Below are positions 26,021 to 39,863 of a stretch of 64,000 nt of DNA, one piece after another. The notes beneath the pieces were generated by a model. That model was given only the letters and a program-made list of their open reading frames with translations. It was not told the origin of the DNA and did no database searches. Each line of letters begins with the position of its first letter. Position 1 is the stretch's first letter. Source of the stretch: Octopus vulgaris (taxonomy: Eukaryota); contig OX597814.1 in assembly GCA_951406725.2 (NCBI GenBank), forward strand, positions 60,512,001 through 60,576,000, given 5' to 3'. The position numbers were made by a program, and so were the translations under genes.

Positions 26021-27671
26021 CAACAATCAATGTCATGGTCCCCACCAGCAGCAGTAGTGCTGCTACCACCAAGTCCTCACATGTAAATGAAGCCTGGTAG
26101 TCACATGTACAACAAGGCTATTTCATTGAAGATTTGTTTCACTTTTATCTTATGATTACTAAGAATATGAATTGGCACTGAGGTAAGAATGATGGACGTG
26201 ATGATATTTAATGGTAGCAGAATCAAACAGATGTTCTAGTAATCAAATCAGGCTTTGTTCAAATACAAAGTTAGTCAGTTAGCATGACTTCTGCAAGACC
26301 TCTTACACTACTGACATTGATTGATTATCAGTTTCCATGTCAGCAAGAAGAGAACTCATGTAGGCCAAAAGTTCCGAAGTATAAAAACTGTTTATAGTGT
26401 TTAGTGTAACATCTGCGAAGTGAGATACAAAAAAAGGTGGAAGGAAGAGGATAGATAAATAGGTAAGACGGTTTGGGCAGAGAAGATATACGATGTTAGA
26501 GATGCATTAGCTTTACAATTCTGCAGGGTCAATAGAATAAGTACCCTTTTCATAGGGTCAAAAGAAAACCAATTCCAAAGCAAGCCAGTATGACTGGCTA
26601 CAATTTGTTTTCCATAAATAATCACTGCTTCTACAACCATTATCATCATCACCATTGCCATCATTAGTAACAATAGTACCCAAAGTTTCTCCTCAATCAT
26701 TTTAAATTCCCTTGTCATGGGGTTAATGAAGAACCAAAGAACTACAGTAGAGTGGACTAAACTATTGATTTTAGGTTACTAAAATAGTATTTTATATTTT
26801 GATATTTTCATGTATGCTATTTTAACCCTTTACCTACCAAACTATCAGCAATAGCAAAACTATAGTTCTATGATACAAAACCTCACATTTATATTAAAAC
26901 TTTCTGTCATAATTTTATATAAGAGACTTTTGTTATATTCCAAATATCAGTTATATTCCAAATAATAAATAAGTTTTTTTCTAAAATCACTTGAAATTAT
27001 TGATTATATTAAAAATTAAAGCAAGGCATTTCATTAAAATTACAGTCACAAAGAGATAAAACAATTAACTATTTCAAATCATTTTGTGATGCCATCTGCA
27101 TTCTAAGAAATTGTTAACTGAATGAAGACATATTTAATTCAAGAAAATTAAAAAGCTCTGTGAAAGACACAGAATTTATCATCATGTATTTTAATTTCGT
27201 TCACATCTACAATGCTCTGTAAAATTATCAAACCATTTCCAATACTTGAATGCTACTATATTTTATTAATCTTGGGAAGGTGAAAGACAAAGTATAAATC
27301 AGGGAAGTTTGGACACAGAACATAAAGGGCCATATCTAAATGCAACAGGTATTTTGCCTTACCCCTAATGTTTCTGCCAATCTACCCTTGGGGATTGATA
27401 TTCTTATCCGAATGTAGACATTCTGATATAGTATATTCTGCTGTGGCTCAGGGCTGACCAAGTGCTTGTAAGAGGATTTGGTGGACAGAAACTGAAAGAA
27501 ACTCATCATATATGTGCAGGTGTGGCTGCGTGGTAAGAAGCTTGCTTCTGGGTTCAGTTCCACTGTGTGGAACCTTGGGCAAGTGCCATCTACTATAGCC
27601 TTAGGCTGACCAAAGCCTTGTGAGTGGATTTGGTAGACAGAAACTGAAAGAAGCCTATATATATATATGTG

Positions 27672-27763
<92 letters not shown>

Positions 27764-27810
27764 TGTATGTAGATGTCTATGTGTATGTGTCTTTATGTCT
27801 GTGTTTGTCC

Positions 27811-30690
27811 TTCCATATGATATGGAGGATGCAGAAGTACACGTACCAAACTATGCCATACTGAGAACAGACAGAAGAGAAAGGAACCATGGTGGAGTTG
27901 CTATATACATCCATGATGATCTCACACCCCAGGTCTTAATGTCATACACAAATTCAGTAAGTGACACTCTAGTTGTATACATAGGACAACACAATATAGT
28001 CATATGCAATACATATCGTCAACTGGATGCTCCAAACCACATAGGCAAGTTTAAAGATTGCCTCACATGAATTAAAGAAATCCTCTATGAAATTGGAACA
28101 CCACATGAGTATTTCTTACGGGTGATTTCAACTTCTCCAATGTCAAATGGCCCGAAGGCCTCATGGTCTCAGGAATGACTCATTGCAAACAAACACAGGT
28201 GGAGTCTCTGCTCAACCTCACCAATGCCCTAATCATGGAGCAAGTTGTACTCAGACCAACTGGGGTGAATAACATTTTGGATCTCTGCTTCACAAACAAT
28301 ATGGACATTGTTCATGATGTGAAAGTGATGCCGACATTAGTCTCAGATCACAACATAATAGAGCTGTCTATGTATGGGCCAAAAGTAACCAAAGACATAC
28401 AGCCTAAAGGAAGCACCCGAAATCTCTCCAATCATAAATTCCACAAAGCAGACTGGAAATTGATAAAAAAAAGAGATCTTCCGACAGGACTGGCCAAAAT
28501 ATCTCTCCACACCAGACTCTGGCATGAAGCTAGAATATTTCATGTCTATTATGTAAACCATATGCCAGAAATATGTCCCAGAACACAAGGCCAACACAAA
28601 ATTCCAAAGGAGAAGAAGATCCTCATGAGACAGAGGATGAAGGGTGCAAATTACCTCAACCAACATTCCAAAAGTAGCAAAAGTCCCACCTAAAAACAAC
28701 ACTGATGGAGATTGAAAAAAGCCTGCTACAATCCTATGTGAGGGAGAGAGCAGACAAAGAAGCCTGGATTATAAAAAGCATTTTAAGTCAAACCCAAAGG
28801 CCTTCTTTCATTATACAAAAGAAACAGCCTCAGTTTGCTTCAAGACAGGACCCTCTTCTAAAAGGGTGGCTCCCTCACAGATAATCCAACCAGGATCAGT
28901 GAGGTACTGAATGACCAGTTCAGAAGTGTCTTTACCACCCCGTTGGAACACAGACAAGTGAATGAACCAGTGGATTTCTTTGCCACCCCACCTACAACCA
29001 GCAAGGCAGTTATGATGGAATACATTGACATTAGCGAAGAAGATATACTACTAGCCAAAGATGAGGTAGATGCAAACTCAACTGCTGGTCCTGGTGGTTT
29101 CCCAGCAATCCTCCTCAAATTGTGTAAGCGTGCCCTGGCAAAACCTCTACAGATACTCTTCCAGAGCTTCCTTGCTAATGGCAGGCAGCCAAGCAAGCTG
29201 AAGGAGGGAATAATATGCCCAATCCATAAAGGGGGAAGAAAAGCAGATGCCAAAAACTATAGGCCTATCTCTCGGACTTCACACATCAGCTAAGTCATGC
29301 AATGGGTAGTCAGAAGGAAACTAATCACATTCCTTGAAGAAAATAACTCACTGAGTGAAACCCAGCATGGGTTTCAACCAGGTAGGAGCTGCCTGACCCA
29401 GCTCTTACAGCACTATGACTAGGAGCTGAGGCAGTTACTCAACAACTCAAATGTGGATGTAATATACCTTGATTTTGCAAAAAACTTTTGCTAAAGTGGA
29501 TCATGGTATGATATGCCACAAACTATGTGATCTTGGCATAGCTGGAAAACTTGGAAAGTGATTACATGACTTTCTGAAAGATAGAAGTCAAGCAGTAGTG
29601 GCCAATGTAGCCACCTCAATGAAAACACAAATAGTGAGCAGTGTTCCACTAGCTACTGTCTTGGGACCACTGCTTTTCATAGTGACCTTCTCAGATATGT
29701 GCTCAACTGCCTGGATAGCAGTTGAGGGCATATCTCGCAGAAAATACAGAACCCCAGTGATGTTGCACACCTGCAGCAAGAATTGCACTCAATTTACAGA
29801 TGGGCTGAGGATAATAATATGCAGTTAATGCTGAAAAATTCCAAGCCCTGCGCTACCAGCATCCAAAACTGAATATAAACTTACAGGGTACACTGGTCCA
29901 CAGGGGATTACAATCCCAGAGCTTTAATCAGTGAGGGACCTGAGTATCGACATGAGGGATGATACCTCTTTCCAAGTGCACATTACCGGGATGGTGACAA
30001 AGTGCAGACAACTGGCTAGATGGATCCTGAGAATATTCAGAACCAGAGAGAAGGAAACCATGATGGTCTTCTGGAGGACCTTCGTCCTCAGCTGCCTGGA
30101 TTACTGCTCCCAGCTACAGTCACCCAACAGAGTAAAATTAACAGCAGACCTTGAAGCAATCCAGCAAAGCTTCAAAAGGAAGATCATCTCATTGCAACAG
30201 CTCAGCTATTGGGAAAGGCTGAAACAGCTAAGACTCTACTCCCTGGAGTGAAGGTGGGAGAGGTATGCAGTAATATACATCTGGAAAATCCTGGAAGGGA
30301 TTGTACCAAATTTTGGTGTTGAAAGCTACACAAATGCCAGAACAGGTCGACACTGCACAGTGCCAAAGATCCCACCAATGCCATCATGTTTCAGGACCAG
30401 TTACTGCAACAGCCTGACTTTTAGGGGCCCACTGCTTTTTAATATTCTCCCAAAGAGCCTGGGGGACTTACAAAGCAGATGTAGGTGTTTTCAAATCAAA
30501 GCTGGACCGCTTCTTCTCGAGAGTCCCAGATGAACCTACCACATGGCAAGAGGTGCAAATGAGGGTAGCTATATCAAACTCCATTCTTCACCAAGTGCCA
30601 CATATTAGAGGAAGCTCTCAGTAATAACAGTGTGGCAAAATGGCAGTGCCCCAGCATGGCCACAGCTCTGCGCTGAAACTACAAAAAAAA
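27811..30690 (+). mobile_element. 5'-truncated decayed CR1-type LINE ORF2 (APE + RT)
   Basis: RTDRRERNHGGVAIYI, GDFN, NILDLCFTNN, SDHNII; ICPIHKGG..NYRPIS, QHGF..GRSCLTQLL, DVIYLDFAK, VPLATVLGPLLF; LDYCSQL, LSYWERLKQLRLYSLE. Ends ..cagcatggccacagctctgcgctgaaactacaaaaaaaa. Confidence 0.88.
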
Positions 30691-32545
30691 ATGTAATACA
30701 TAAGTGTATGTGGGTGTATGTGTGTGTGTATATATACATATGTGTCTGTATATGTATATGGATGTGTATGTGTACATATATATATGATAATTCTTGAATC
30801 AAGCAGACCAGAAATCCAAAGACACTGCTATAAGAACAAGATGTAATCAATTTAATGTTTATGCAAAGAACCTCTGCTTCCATTAATTCATAGCTTGTCG
30901 AGAGCAAATTACTTTGAATCTGCAAAAACAGTTGAATTATTCTAGAATATTCTTGTGGAATTCCAAAAGTTAGAACGAATTTGGTTCATAACAATGAATG
31001 TAATTTCCCAAGATATATGATGTCAAAGTAATATCTCTCTGATATATGCTGCCAAAGAATTATTGCAGACAGTATAATCAGACAAGGTCATTTCATGTTA
31101 AGTAACACACACATACATGAAAAAGAATAATAATAATAATCTGCTTCATAGCCAATATCTAAGTTGCACAAACACTAACTAGTTTAATAACTATGTAAAT
31201 TGCCATCATTGTTTAGCATCCACTTATCTAAGCTTGCAAGGGTTGGATAGATTTTAATGAGGCAAGCTTTCTACAGCTGGATGCTCTTCCTGTCACCACC
31301 CTCACCTGCTTCCAGGCAAAATAATATTCCTCCATGACCAGACACATTTTTGACAGAATATTGTCAGTGGATAATATTACTAGTATGACAGAGATACTCA
31401 TTTACAACTATCTCACCATGTTAGAGCAACAAAACATAAACATACACCCACACACTCACATGATGGGCTTCTTTCAGTTTCTGTCTGCCAAATTCACTGA
31501 CAAAGTCTGGTCAGCCCAAGACAATAACAAAAGACAACAATGTACAGTAAGGGCCATGATAGTAGAGTCCAAGAAGAGACCAATGGTAATCCAGGTGGTG
31601 TGTTGTTAAAGTGGTTCCTGGAAAGGTCTGAGAAGAAGGTAGGAGAAATAAGGGTCCAAGAGAGGAAGAGGTTCAGTCATGTGAAACTGTTAATCCAGAC
31701 ACGTTTTTGTTCTTTACTCTCTCCATGTTCACTTCTTTCTGTTTTCTTTCCTCATTCTTTTCTGTCAAAGAGCATAAGCTCTAAAAGTCAAAGACATTTC
31801 CATTTTTTTTGAGTGTCTGTCTCTGTCTTTTGGGGGTTTTTTTGTACATTTGAACCCTGTAATAGAAGACACTTGCCCAAGGTGTCACACAATGAGACTG
31901 AACCCAAAACCATGTGCTTGGGAAGCAATTTTATCAACCACACAGCTATGCTTGTCCCTAATATGTAAATATACAGATAAATGAACTAAAAACTGAATGA
32001 ATAATGTGTCCTGAGTAGATAGCTAATTAAATCTATCAAAATAGATTATAATGAGTAATGCAATTTGTAATTGATACATTTGCAGCTAAACTGATACTCA
32101 TGTTCAAACATGAAAATAACAAATACTTGTGTGCATTTATACATAAAAATATTAAATATCATAATATACAACAAATATCCATGCATTATTATATATAGCC
32201 ACTTACACACATACATATCACACAATTATGCACATATAAACACATGTACATATATATTAATACATATGCATGTGTGTGTGTGTGTGTGTGTGCATGTGAA
32301 TATATATGTGTGTATATATATATAGGTATTTCATTTATTTCTTACTGTATTTATCGCTGACGAGGAGAAAATACTTATGAATTAACTCTGAAATTGGGAC
32401 CGATATGATAATAGCGGAATTTTTTAGAAATTTCGGTCAGCTTACTTCGAGACACGTACTTATAGTGATAAATTATATGGTTATTGATGATTTGTCAATT
32501 TTCAGCATATTTGGCATTAGATTTTTTTTCTTTTGCCTTGTTTAT

Positions 32546-32588
<43 letters not shown>

Positions 32589-32591
<3 letters not shown>

Positions 32592-32893
32592 TCATCATCA
32601 TCGCTTAACGTCCGCTTTCCATGCTAGCATGGGTTGGACGGTTCAACTGGGGTCTGGGAAGCCCGAAGGCTGCACCAGGCCAGTCAGATCTGGCAGTGTT
32701 TCTACAGCTGGATGCCCTTCCTAACACCAACCACTCCGTGAGTGTAGTGGGTGCTTTTTATGTGCCACCGGCATAGGTGCCAGACGAGGCTGGCGAACGG
32801 CCACGCTCAGATGGTGTTTTTTTATGTGCCACGGACACAGGTGCCAGACGAGGCTGGCGAACGGCCGCGCTCGGATGGTATTTTTTACGTGCC

Positions 32894-32895
<2 letters not shown>
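32589..32895 (-). mobile_element. Short element family B ending in the RTE 3' tail (others: 3480-3805 +, 34820-34980 +, 42140-42480 +, 57170-57330 +, 46205-46340 -, 51855-51985 -, 62590-63080 -)
   Basis: Shared core gagtggttggcattaggaagggcatccagc...aacccatgccagcatggaaa..ggacgttaa(atg)n. Confidence 0.8.
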
Positions 32896-32942
<47 letters not shown>

Positions 32943-34770
32943 TGCATATGTGTGTGTGTGTGTGTGTGAGAGAGAGAAGTAGAGAGAAAGAGTATATATG
33001 TATCAAATGAAACAAATGAAAAACAAGACGCAAAGGATGCTGCAGCACACAGAACAACCCATTCCTACATCAATGCACAATCGATACAACAGACAGATCA
33101 AAAAGCTATATATATATTAGCAGTAATACCCATCAGTGAAGGCACATAGCTCAGTGGTTAGAGCATCGAAGTTACAATTGTGAGGTTGTGAGTTCGATTC
33201 TCGGACTGGGCTGCGTGTTGTATTCTTGAGCAAGACACTTTATTTCACATTGTTTCAGTTCACTCAGCTGTTGAAATGAGTTGCAACATCACTGGTGCCA
33301 AGCTGTATTGGCCTTTGCCTTTCCCTTGGATAACATCAGTGGTGTGGAGAGGGGAGGCAGGTATGCAAGAGCGACTGCTGGCCTTCCATAAACAACCTTG
33401 CCCAGACTTGTGCCTCAGAGGCTAATTTTCTTGGTGCAATCCTCCTCAATACCCATCATTTATTGTGTAATTACTTTTACTGTTTCTAGAGCCAAGAAGC
33501 TAGAAAAATGGGTATATCATACAGAAGAATAGCTTTACAGAATCCAGTTGACTGTGATGGCACTGAAAAGGAAGCCGGTCAAGTGGAACATCACTGTTCA
33601 TAAAGAAAAGGCATTGCACATCGTGCATTTGCTTGGTGTTCGCTTTTTGTTGGTCTTTTTTAGTAGACATTTTTTTAATTAGGAATATCAGTAAGTAATA
33701 GTGAAATGAAATTACAAATGCTGTGTCAGTGCACAAGTAGTGTTGTACCACTACATAATTTTTGTTAAGACAAATTAGGTAAGAGTATAATAGGAGATAT
33801 GGAAAAAGCATTGCCTGTTGTGCATTTGTTTGATTTTCATTTTTTGATGGGGTTTTTTTAGTAAACATTTTTTTGATTAGGAATATCAGTAAGTAATAGG
33901 CAAATGAAATTACAAATGTATCTCAGATGAAAATCACGTGATATGGGTATATCTGCATTCTCATTTGTGATTGTCCATTGCCGTGGTATGCTGGCTATTT
34001 TTTTCTTTTTGCTTTCCTGATTTCATCAGCATGTTAACTTTCAGTGCTGGCAGCTAATTGAGTCAATTTTGACTCCTAAATTAAATATAATAATATAAAC
34101 TATCTACATGTTTTCAAGTTACAGAACAATTTATTGTAATATTTGAATTTTCTTATTTTAAAATAAAATATCATGAAACTGCCTCTCTGTCATTTATGAC
34201 TTTATATACATACATATTTTCTGTAACTTGTTTCAGTCACAAGTCTGTAGTCATGTTGGAGCACCATTTTGAAAAGTTTAGTATACCCCAGTATTTATTT
34301 TTAAGTCTGGTACTTATATTACTGTTCCTTTATACACACACATACACACATGCATGTGTGCTGGTGTATGAATGTACATGTATATAAGTATATGTTTGTT
34401 AACAGTTCCTTGTCAACAAGTTGTCGACTATGTTGTTGAAGCCAAGTGAAATGAAAACTTTTGAAAAACAGGTAAGGGTTAGTGACAGGAAGGATATCTG
34501 ACTGTGAAATAATACCTTAATAATACGTACTAACCTAACCCATACTAACATGGGAAAATAGATGTAAGATGAATAAATAAAAAAAACACAGACATATATG
34601 AATGCATATATACAAACATACAAACATAAATATTTGATTCTCTGCCTGAAGAATTTCCAATAGGAGATATCTTACATATATTTTCTAAATGTACGATTTT
34701 GTAACTCCTATTAGGAAATGAAACACATGTAAAGGTGAATAAATATATCAACACTTTTTCAATCTCCTGT

Positions 34771-34817
<47 letters not shown>

Positions 34818-35193
34818 CAGTCCACTCTGTGGGGTGGTTGGCATTAGAAAAGAATGCAGCCATAAAAACCATGACAAAATAGACACAGAAGTCTGGTGCA
34901 GTCTTCTGCCAGGCCAGCTCCTGTCAAGCCATCCAAACTATGCCAGCTTGGAAGGCAGACGTTAAACAATGATGATGATGGCACACACACACACACACGC
35001 AATAAGACAGACAGACAGACAGGTAGATACATATACACATATGCACACACACATATATACACATAAACACACAGGTAAATATCTGCACTGTAATACAAAA
35101 ATGATAGCCTATGTATAAGAGCATAAAATTACCTTTACAAGATAAAAGGAAATGGAATGAATATAGAATATATGTGAACGGAGAATTTGTTAC

Positions 35194-35255
35194 CTTTTAA
35201 TGAGTTCATGCCAGTGTCAGTAATTCTTGTATTCCCAAGTAATAAAACTTTCAAA
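35194..35255 (-). CDS. LRR protein exon (62 nt, phase 2->1)
   Basis: ttgtctttgcag|T...AAAG|gtaaca. Translates (S)LKVLLLGNTRITDTGMNSLK. Confidence 0.9.
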
Positions 35256-35845
35256 CTGCAAAGACAAAATTTGTAAATTAAATAACAATGCAATAAGCTA
35301 ACTTTTTTTTTTACTAGCAATGTTCAAATTTCTACAAAGAATGACTTATTGTCAGCCCTAAATCATTTCTAATCAAGCAAGAACTAAGATACAGGGCATC
35401 GTAAATGTGACTATCACATTTTGTTTTGGATAATGTGTATATAGAACCATACTGTCTAATATATCATTCTTTTCTAATATGTTAGCAAGTGATTTAAGAC
35501 AAATTTGGTTTCCAGCAGCTCATTCACTGGTTCTGTAATTATATTTTTATCTGCAGTGGTAGTCTTAAAACAAATAAGCTTCAAGCAATAGGCTCTAACG
35601 TGATGGTAGTTTAATGGTGATAGTTCTTCCAGGGAATAGCTTTCATGATGACAGACTTCCTTCAGACAATGCATATTCAAATAATAACAAGCCATAAAAG
35701 GTTTAATGGTTCTTGGATGGTACATATGGTGTATATACTTATACATATATACCTAGGCTTGTACCATTTGTTTGCACAAGACCAATACAGGTTTCAAGGA
35801 TGAAAGAATGAGACTGGATCTGAGTAAACCATGTTCACTATAATA

Positions 35846-36627
35846 CAAGGTGGTATGAAAAGGTTCCCAGACTAGTTATGTTTAATAAAAATATAACTTA
35901 TTTACCTATGTTTTAATATCATCTCATTCAAAATAGTTACCTTGTACAGCAATATACTGGTCCCATCCTTCCTGCTGCTTTTGGAATCTAGCCTGGAAGT
36001 TGCTTTCTGTAAGTGAGTCGGGGACCTTCTGCAATTCACTCTGGATGTTGACAATGGTGTTAAACATTTTCATCTTGGGGGAGAGATGAAAGTCCACAGG
36101 TGCTAAATCTGGTAACTAAGGTGGGTGCAGAAGAGATACCATGATGCTTTTGGTGACAAATTCATGAGTGGGGAGAGCTTGATGACAGGGTGCATTGTCA
36201 TCTTGAAGAATCTAATTCTTTGAGCTCCTCAGATCCAGTCACTTCTGCCGGATGTCCTCCCTCAAACACTTCAAACATTGCATAGAATTTCTCAACAGAC
36301 GGTCTGGGTTAGGGTTATCAATGTACAATATCACATTTTCAGGGGTGATGCTCATGGCAGGTCTTCTAGATCACTCATTATCTTCCAGGGATGTTTTCCT
36401 GCTTTTGAAGCGCCTGTGCCACTTAAAACATTACATATGAGCCGTTGCCTCAACACTGTAATCTTGTTGAAGCATTTTCAATGTCTCTGTAACAGACCTC
36501 CCAAGTTTGAAGCAAAATTTCCCACTGGCTCTTTGTTCCAACTTCCTGTCCATGACAAATGCAACTATGTTCTGCTATCTGTTGGCATGCAAAAGAACTA
36601 GTCTGGGAACTTTATGATACCACCTTG
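35846..36627 (-). mobile_element. Internally deleted mariner of a second family
   Basis: ~32-bp TIR caaggtggtatgaaaaggttcccagactagtt / aactagtctgggaactttatgataccaccttg with TA flanks. Remnants KFCFKLGRSVTETLKMLQQ..FKWHRRFKS, DDNAPCH, PDLAPVDF. Confidence 0.88.
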
Positions 36628-39600
36628 TAAACCTCTCATGCCTAGTGGGGTAATTTATTGAGTGTTTGACAAAAACCTAAAGAAGTAAACTCCTGAAGAT
36701 AATCCAGGTACCTTAAGGCAGATATGAATAGTTATACTTAACCAATATTTGGCATCCCATATGGCTCCATACAAGCTGTGAATGTATTGCCTTATCTTCC
36801 ATCATGGCATATCTACGAGTAGGGAGATAAGTGAACTTGGGCCTAGGTACTTGTTTCTGGAAACAGTCTGAGCACAGCTGAGGTGATCAAGTTACTGCCT
36901 CTGTAATACTCTTGAGCAATAGTGAAAACGGCCAACTCAGAGACAAGCTAGGACAGTGTTTATGGTATAATCTAAAAATCTACTGTCAGCAGAAAGTAAA
37001 TAATCTCAAGACCATGACCTTATAATGATTGATAATTACAAAATAATAAGAATAATTTCTAACTGGGGATAAAAGCAGAAACTTGTATGGTAAGGGCTTT
37101 TCAATTTAATCAACGTCAGTACTTAATTGGCAATGTATTTCAACAAACCTGGAAGTATGAAAGGCAAAGTTGACCTTGTCAAGTGTGCAACAAATACAGC
37201 AAAACATTCTATCCAGCACTCTAATTTGCTGCTACAGTTTCAAAGTTAAACAAATAATTGTCTCCTTTTTGTATGTGATTTGCTAGATTCTTGATGAAAA
37301 CTCATGTGTTGAAACAGATTTTCTTTATTTTGGGGGAATCATTAGCTTCTATGTCATCACTGGTTGTATTTCACCTCTATTGTTGTTGTTGTTATAATTA
37401 TTATTATTGTTATTATTATTATTATTAAGTGAGAGAGCAGTGCATGCCACCAAAGTAACACTGGGGTAAAATATATGAAACCCAGTATACCTATCATGAC
37501 TACCTGTCTGATAAGAGTACACCAGGCACATGCATCACAACCATATATGCATGACATGGCGATCTCATATCAAGATAAACAGTGCATGATCTTGCAGGTG
37601 GTGGCCCAGTTAGAATTTTCTTCATGTCAAGTAACCCATCCCACTCAAAAAGTCCCTGAATAAGGGCTGTTTAAGGACATTGACTAAAACACCCATGATT
37701 ATAGATGCACATATCGTCAGCCACTAAGGGACATGCTCAACTGGTTAAGGTCAAGCAACTGACTAGCAAATCTGTGGTACTGAGCAGAATATTTGCTGTA
37801 GCCCATCTTTTATACCAAGACAAAACAATGTACATCATAACTCTTCCAATCAATTAAGATCAGAAGCCATGAAAGCCACTGCCTGGTATTGCATCAGGAC
37901 ATTAGAGCCACTGCCTGGTACTGCACCAGGGCATTTGAGCCACTACCTGGTACTGGGCATTTTATTATTATTAGGCAATTCATTAACATTTAACCAGTAA
38001 ACTAAATAATAGTTCAATTAATTGTTTGGTCACTCAATCAATTGATTACTTAACAGATAGATGAATAATAATAAAAGAAGTGAAATAGACCCAGAGTGAG
38101 TATGTTTGTTATTGACATAATGATCCTCCCAACACAGGCTATGTAGTTTCTGTACCTCAGAACTAGCAAAATGCACACCACCTCTACCCAAATCTGCTCA
38201 ATATAGTAAGCTCTCTTCCTCTACCGTGTCTCACACAACTAAACATTTTGCTGTATTCTTTGTAGTGAGGCTGAATATGACAACTACATAAACTTCACCA
38301 ATCTGTATGATCCTACAAACATTATGAGCACTGCACTTCTTTTCTTATTTTTTTATTGCCCATAAGGGACTAAACAGATGGGACAAGCAAAGGGATTAAG
38401 TCAATTACATCAACCCCAGTGCATAACTAGTAGTTAAATTATTGACCCCCAAAAGGATGAAAAGCAAAATCGACCTCGGCAGAATCTGAACTCAGAACAA
38501 AGTGGCAGACGAAATACCAATAAGCATTTTGCCTGGTGCGCTAATGTTTCTGCCAGCTCGCCGCCTTCTTCTCTGACTAAATGATAACACGATATATGAC
38601 GGTCTTAAAATAATAGTCCTAAAAATGTTGCTAGTTTATGTGTAAAAAACTCAGGATATTGTCATTATCTTAGTCATAAAGGGAATAAATTTGCTTTCAA
38701 TTAGCAAGGGTTGACAGGCCATTGAGGAAAAACATCAAGTTTTATTTGTCTTTGAACTTTTAAACTATGTGTACTAATACATTATGGTGTAAATAAATGA
38801 GAAGGCCAGTAGATTAACAAATAGGTCAGTCGCTTGATCTTACATTTATTTCCAATTAAGATTTATTAATGACTTCAGACGCAGAATCTGTCTGAGATTT
38901 TTTTTTCTCTTTTTGAAAGGTGACCTAATACACTGATATTTTTTATTTTTCTTCTTTTCTTTATTTTGTTTTCGTTTTTATGACAGTTATAAGAAATATT
39001 CTATACAAGCATAGAATAGTTTTTCATTGAGAGAATTCATATTATCACCATTATACCGACAACTACGCTACTTGAAATCATCATCATTATATAGACAGTT
39101 ATATAACTTAAAACACGGCCCTCCTCATCATCATTATTGTCATTGTCATCATCTTCATCAATAATAATAATATTAATAATAATAATAATAAGGCAAGCCA
39201 GCAGAATGCTTAGCATGCCAGGCAAAAATGCTGAGTGACATTTCATCCCACTTTACATTCTGGGTTAAAATTCTGTTGAGGTCGACTTTGCCTTTTATCC
39301 CTTCAGGGTTAATAAAATAAGTACCGGCTACATGGCTGGGATCAATGTTACTGATTTATCCCCTCCTCTGAAATTGCTGGCCTTGTGTTAAAATTTGAAA
39401 TCATTATTATTATTATTATTATTAAGTGAGAGAGCAGTGCATGCCATCAAAGTGACACAGGGGTACAAATATATGAAGCCCAGTATACGCATCATGACTA
39501 CCCATCTGATATGGGTACACCAGGGACATACATCACAACCATATGTGCACGACATGGTGATCTCATATTAAGATAAACAGTGCATGACCTTGCAGGTTAG

Positions 39601-39863
39601 AATTTTCTTCAAGTTGAGTAGTCCATCTCACTCAAAAGGTCTCTGAATAAGGTTTATTTGTTTCACCCATGTTTCCAGAGGTGAATTTTTCAAACCCCAA
39701 AGAATCCCTTTTGACACAAGGCTATGATGCTCCCCCATTACTTCTGCTCAGGGTCAGAGATGCACATATCATCAGCCACTAAGGAACATGCTCAACTGGT
39801 TAATGTCAAGCAACTGACAATCAAATCTGTGGCATTGAGCAATTATTATTATTATTATTATTA

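Noticed and set aside
33137-33215. tRNA gene
   Set aside because: A and B boxes are present, but it is the head of SINE family E and runs into the SINE body without a proper acceptor stem.
33490-34075. Possible DNA-transposon remnant or 122-aa ORF
   Set aside because: Only one TIR-like end (..gctggcagctaattgagtcaa) and no recognisable transposase motif.
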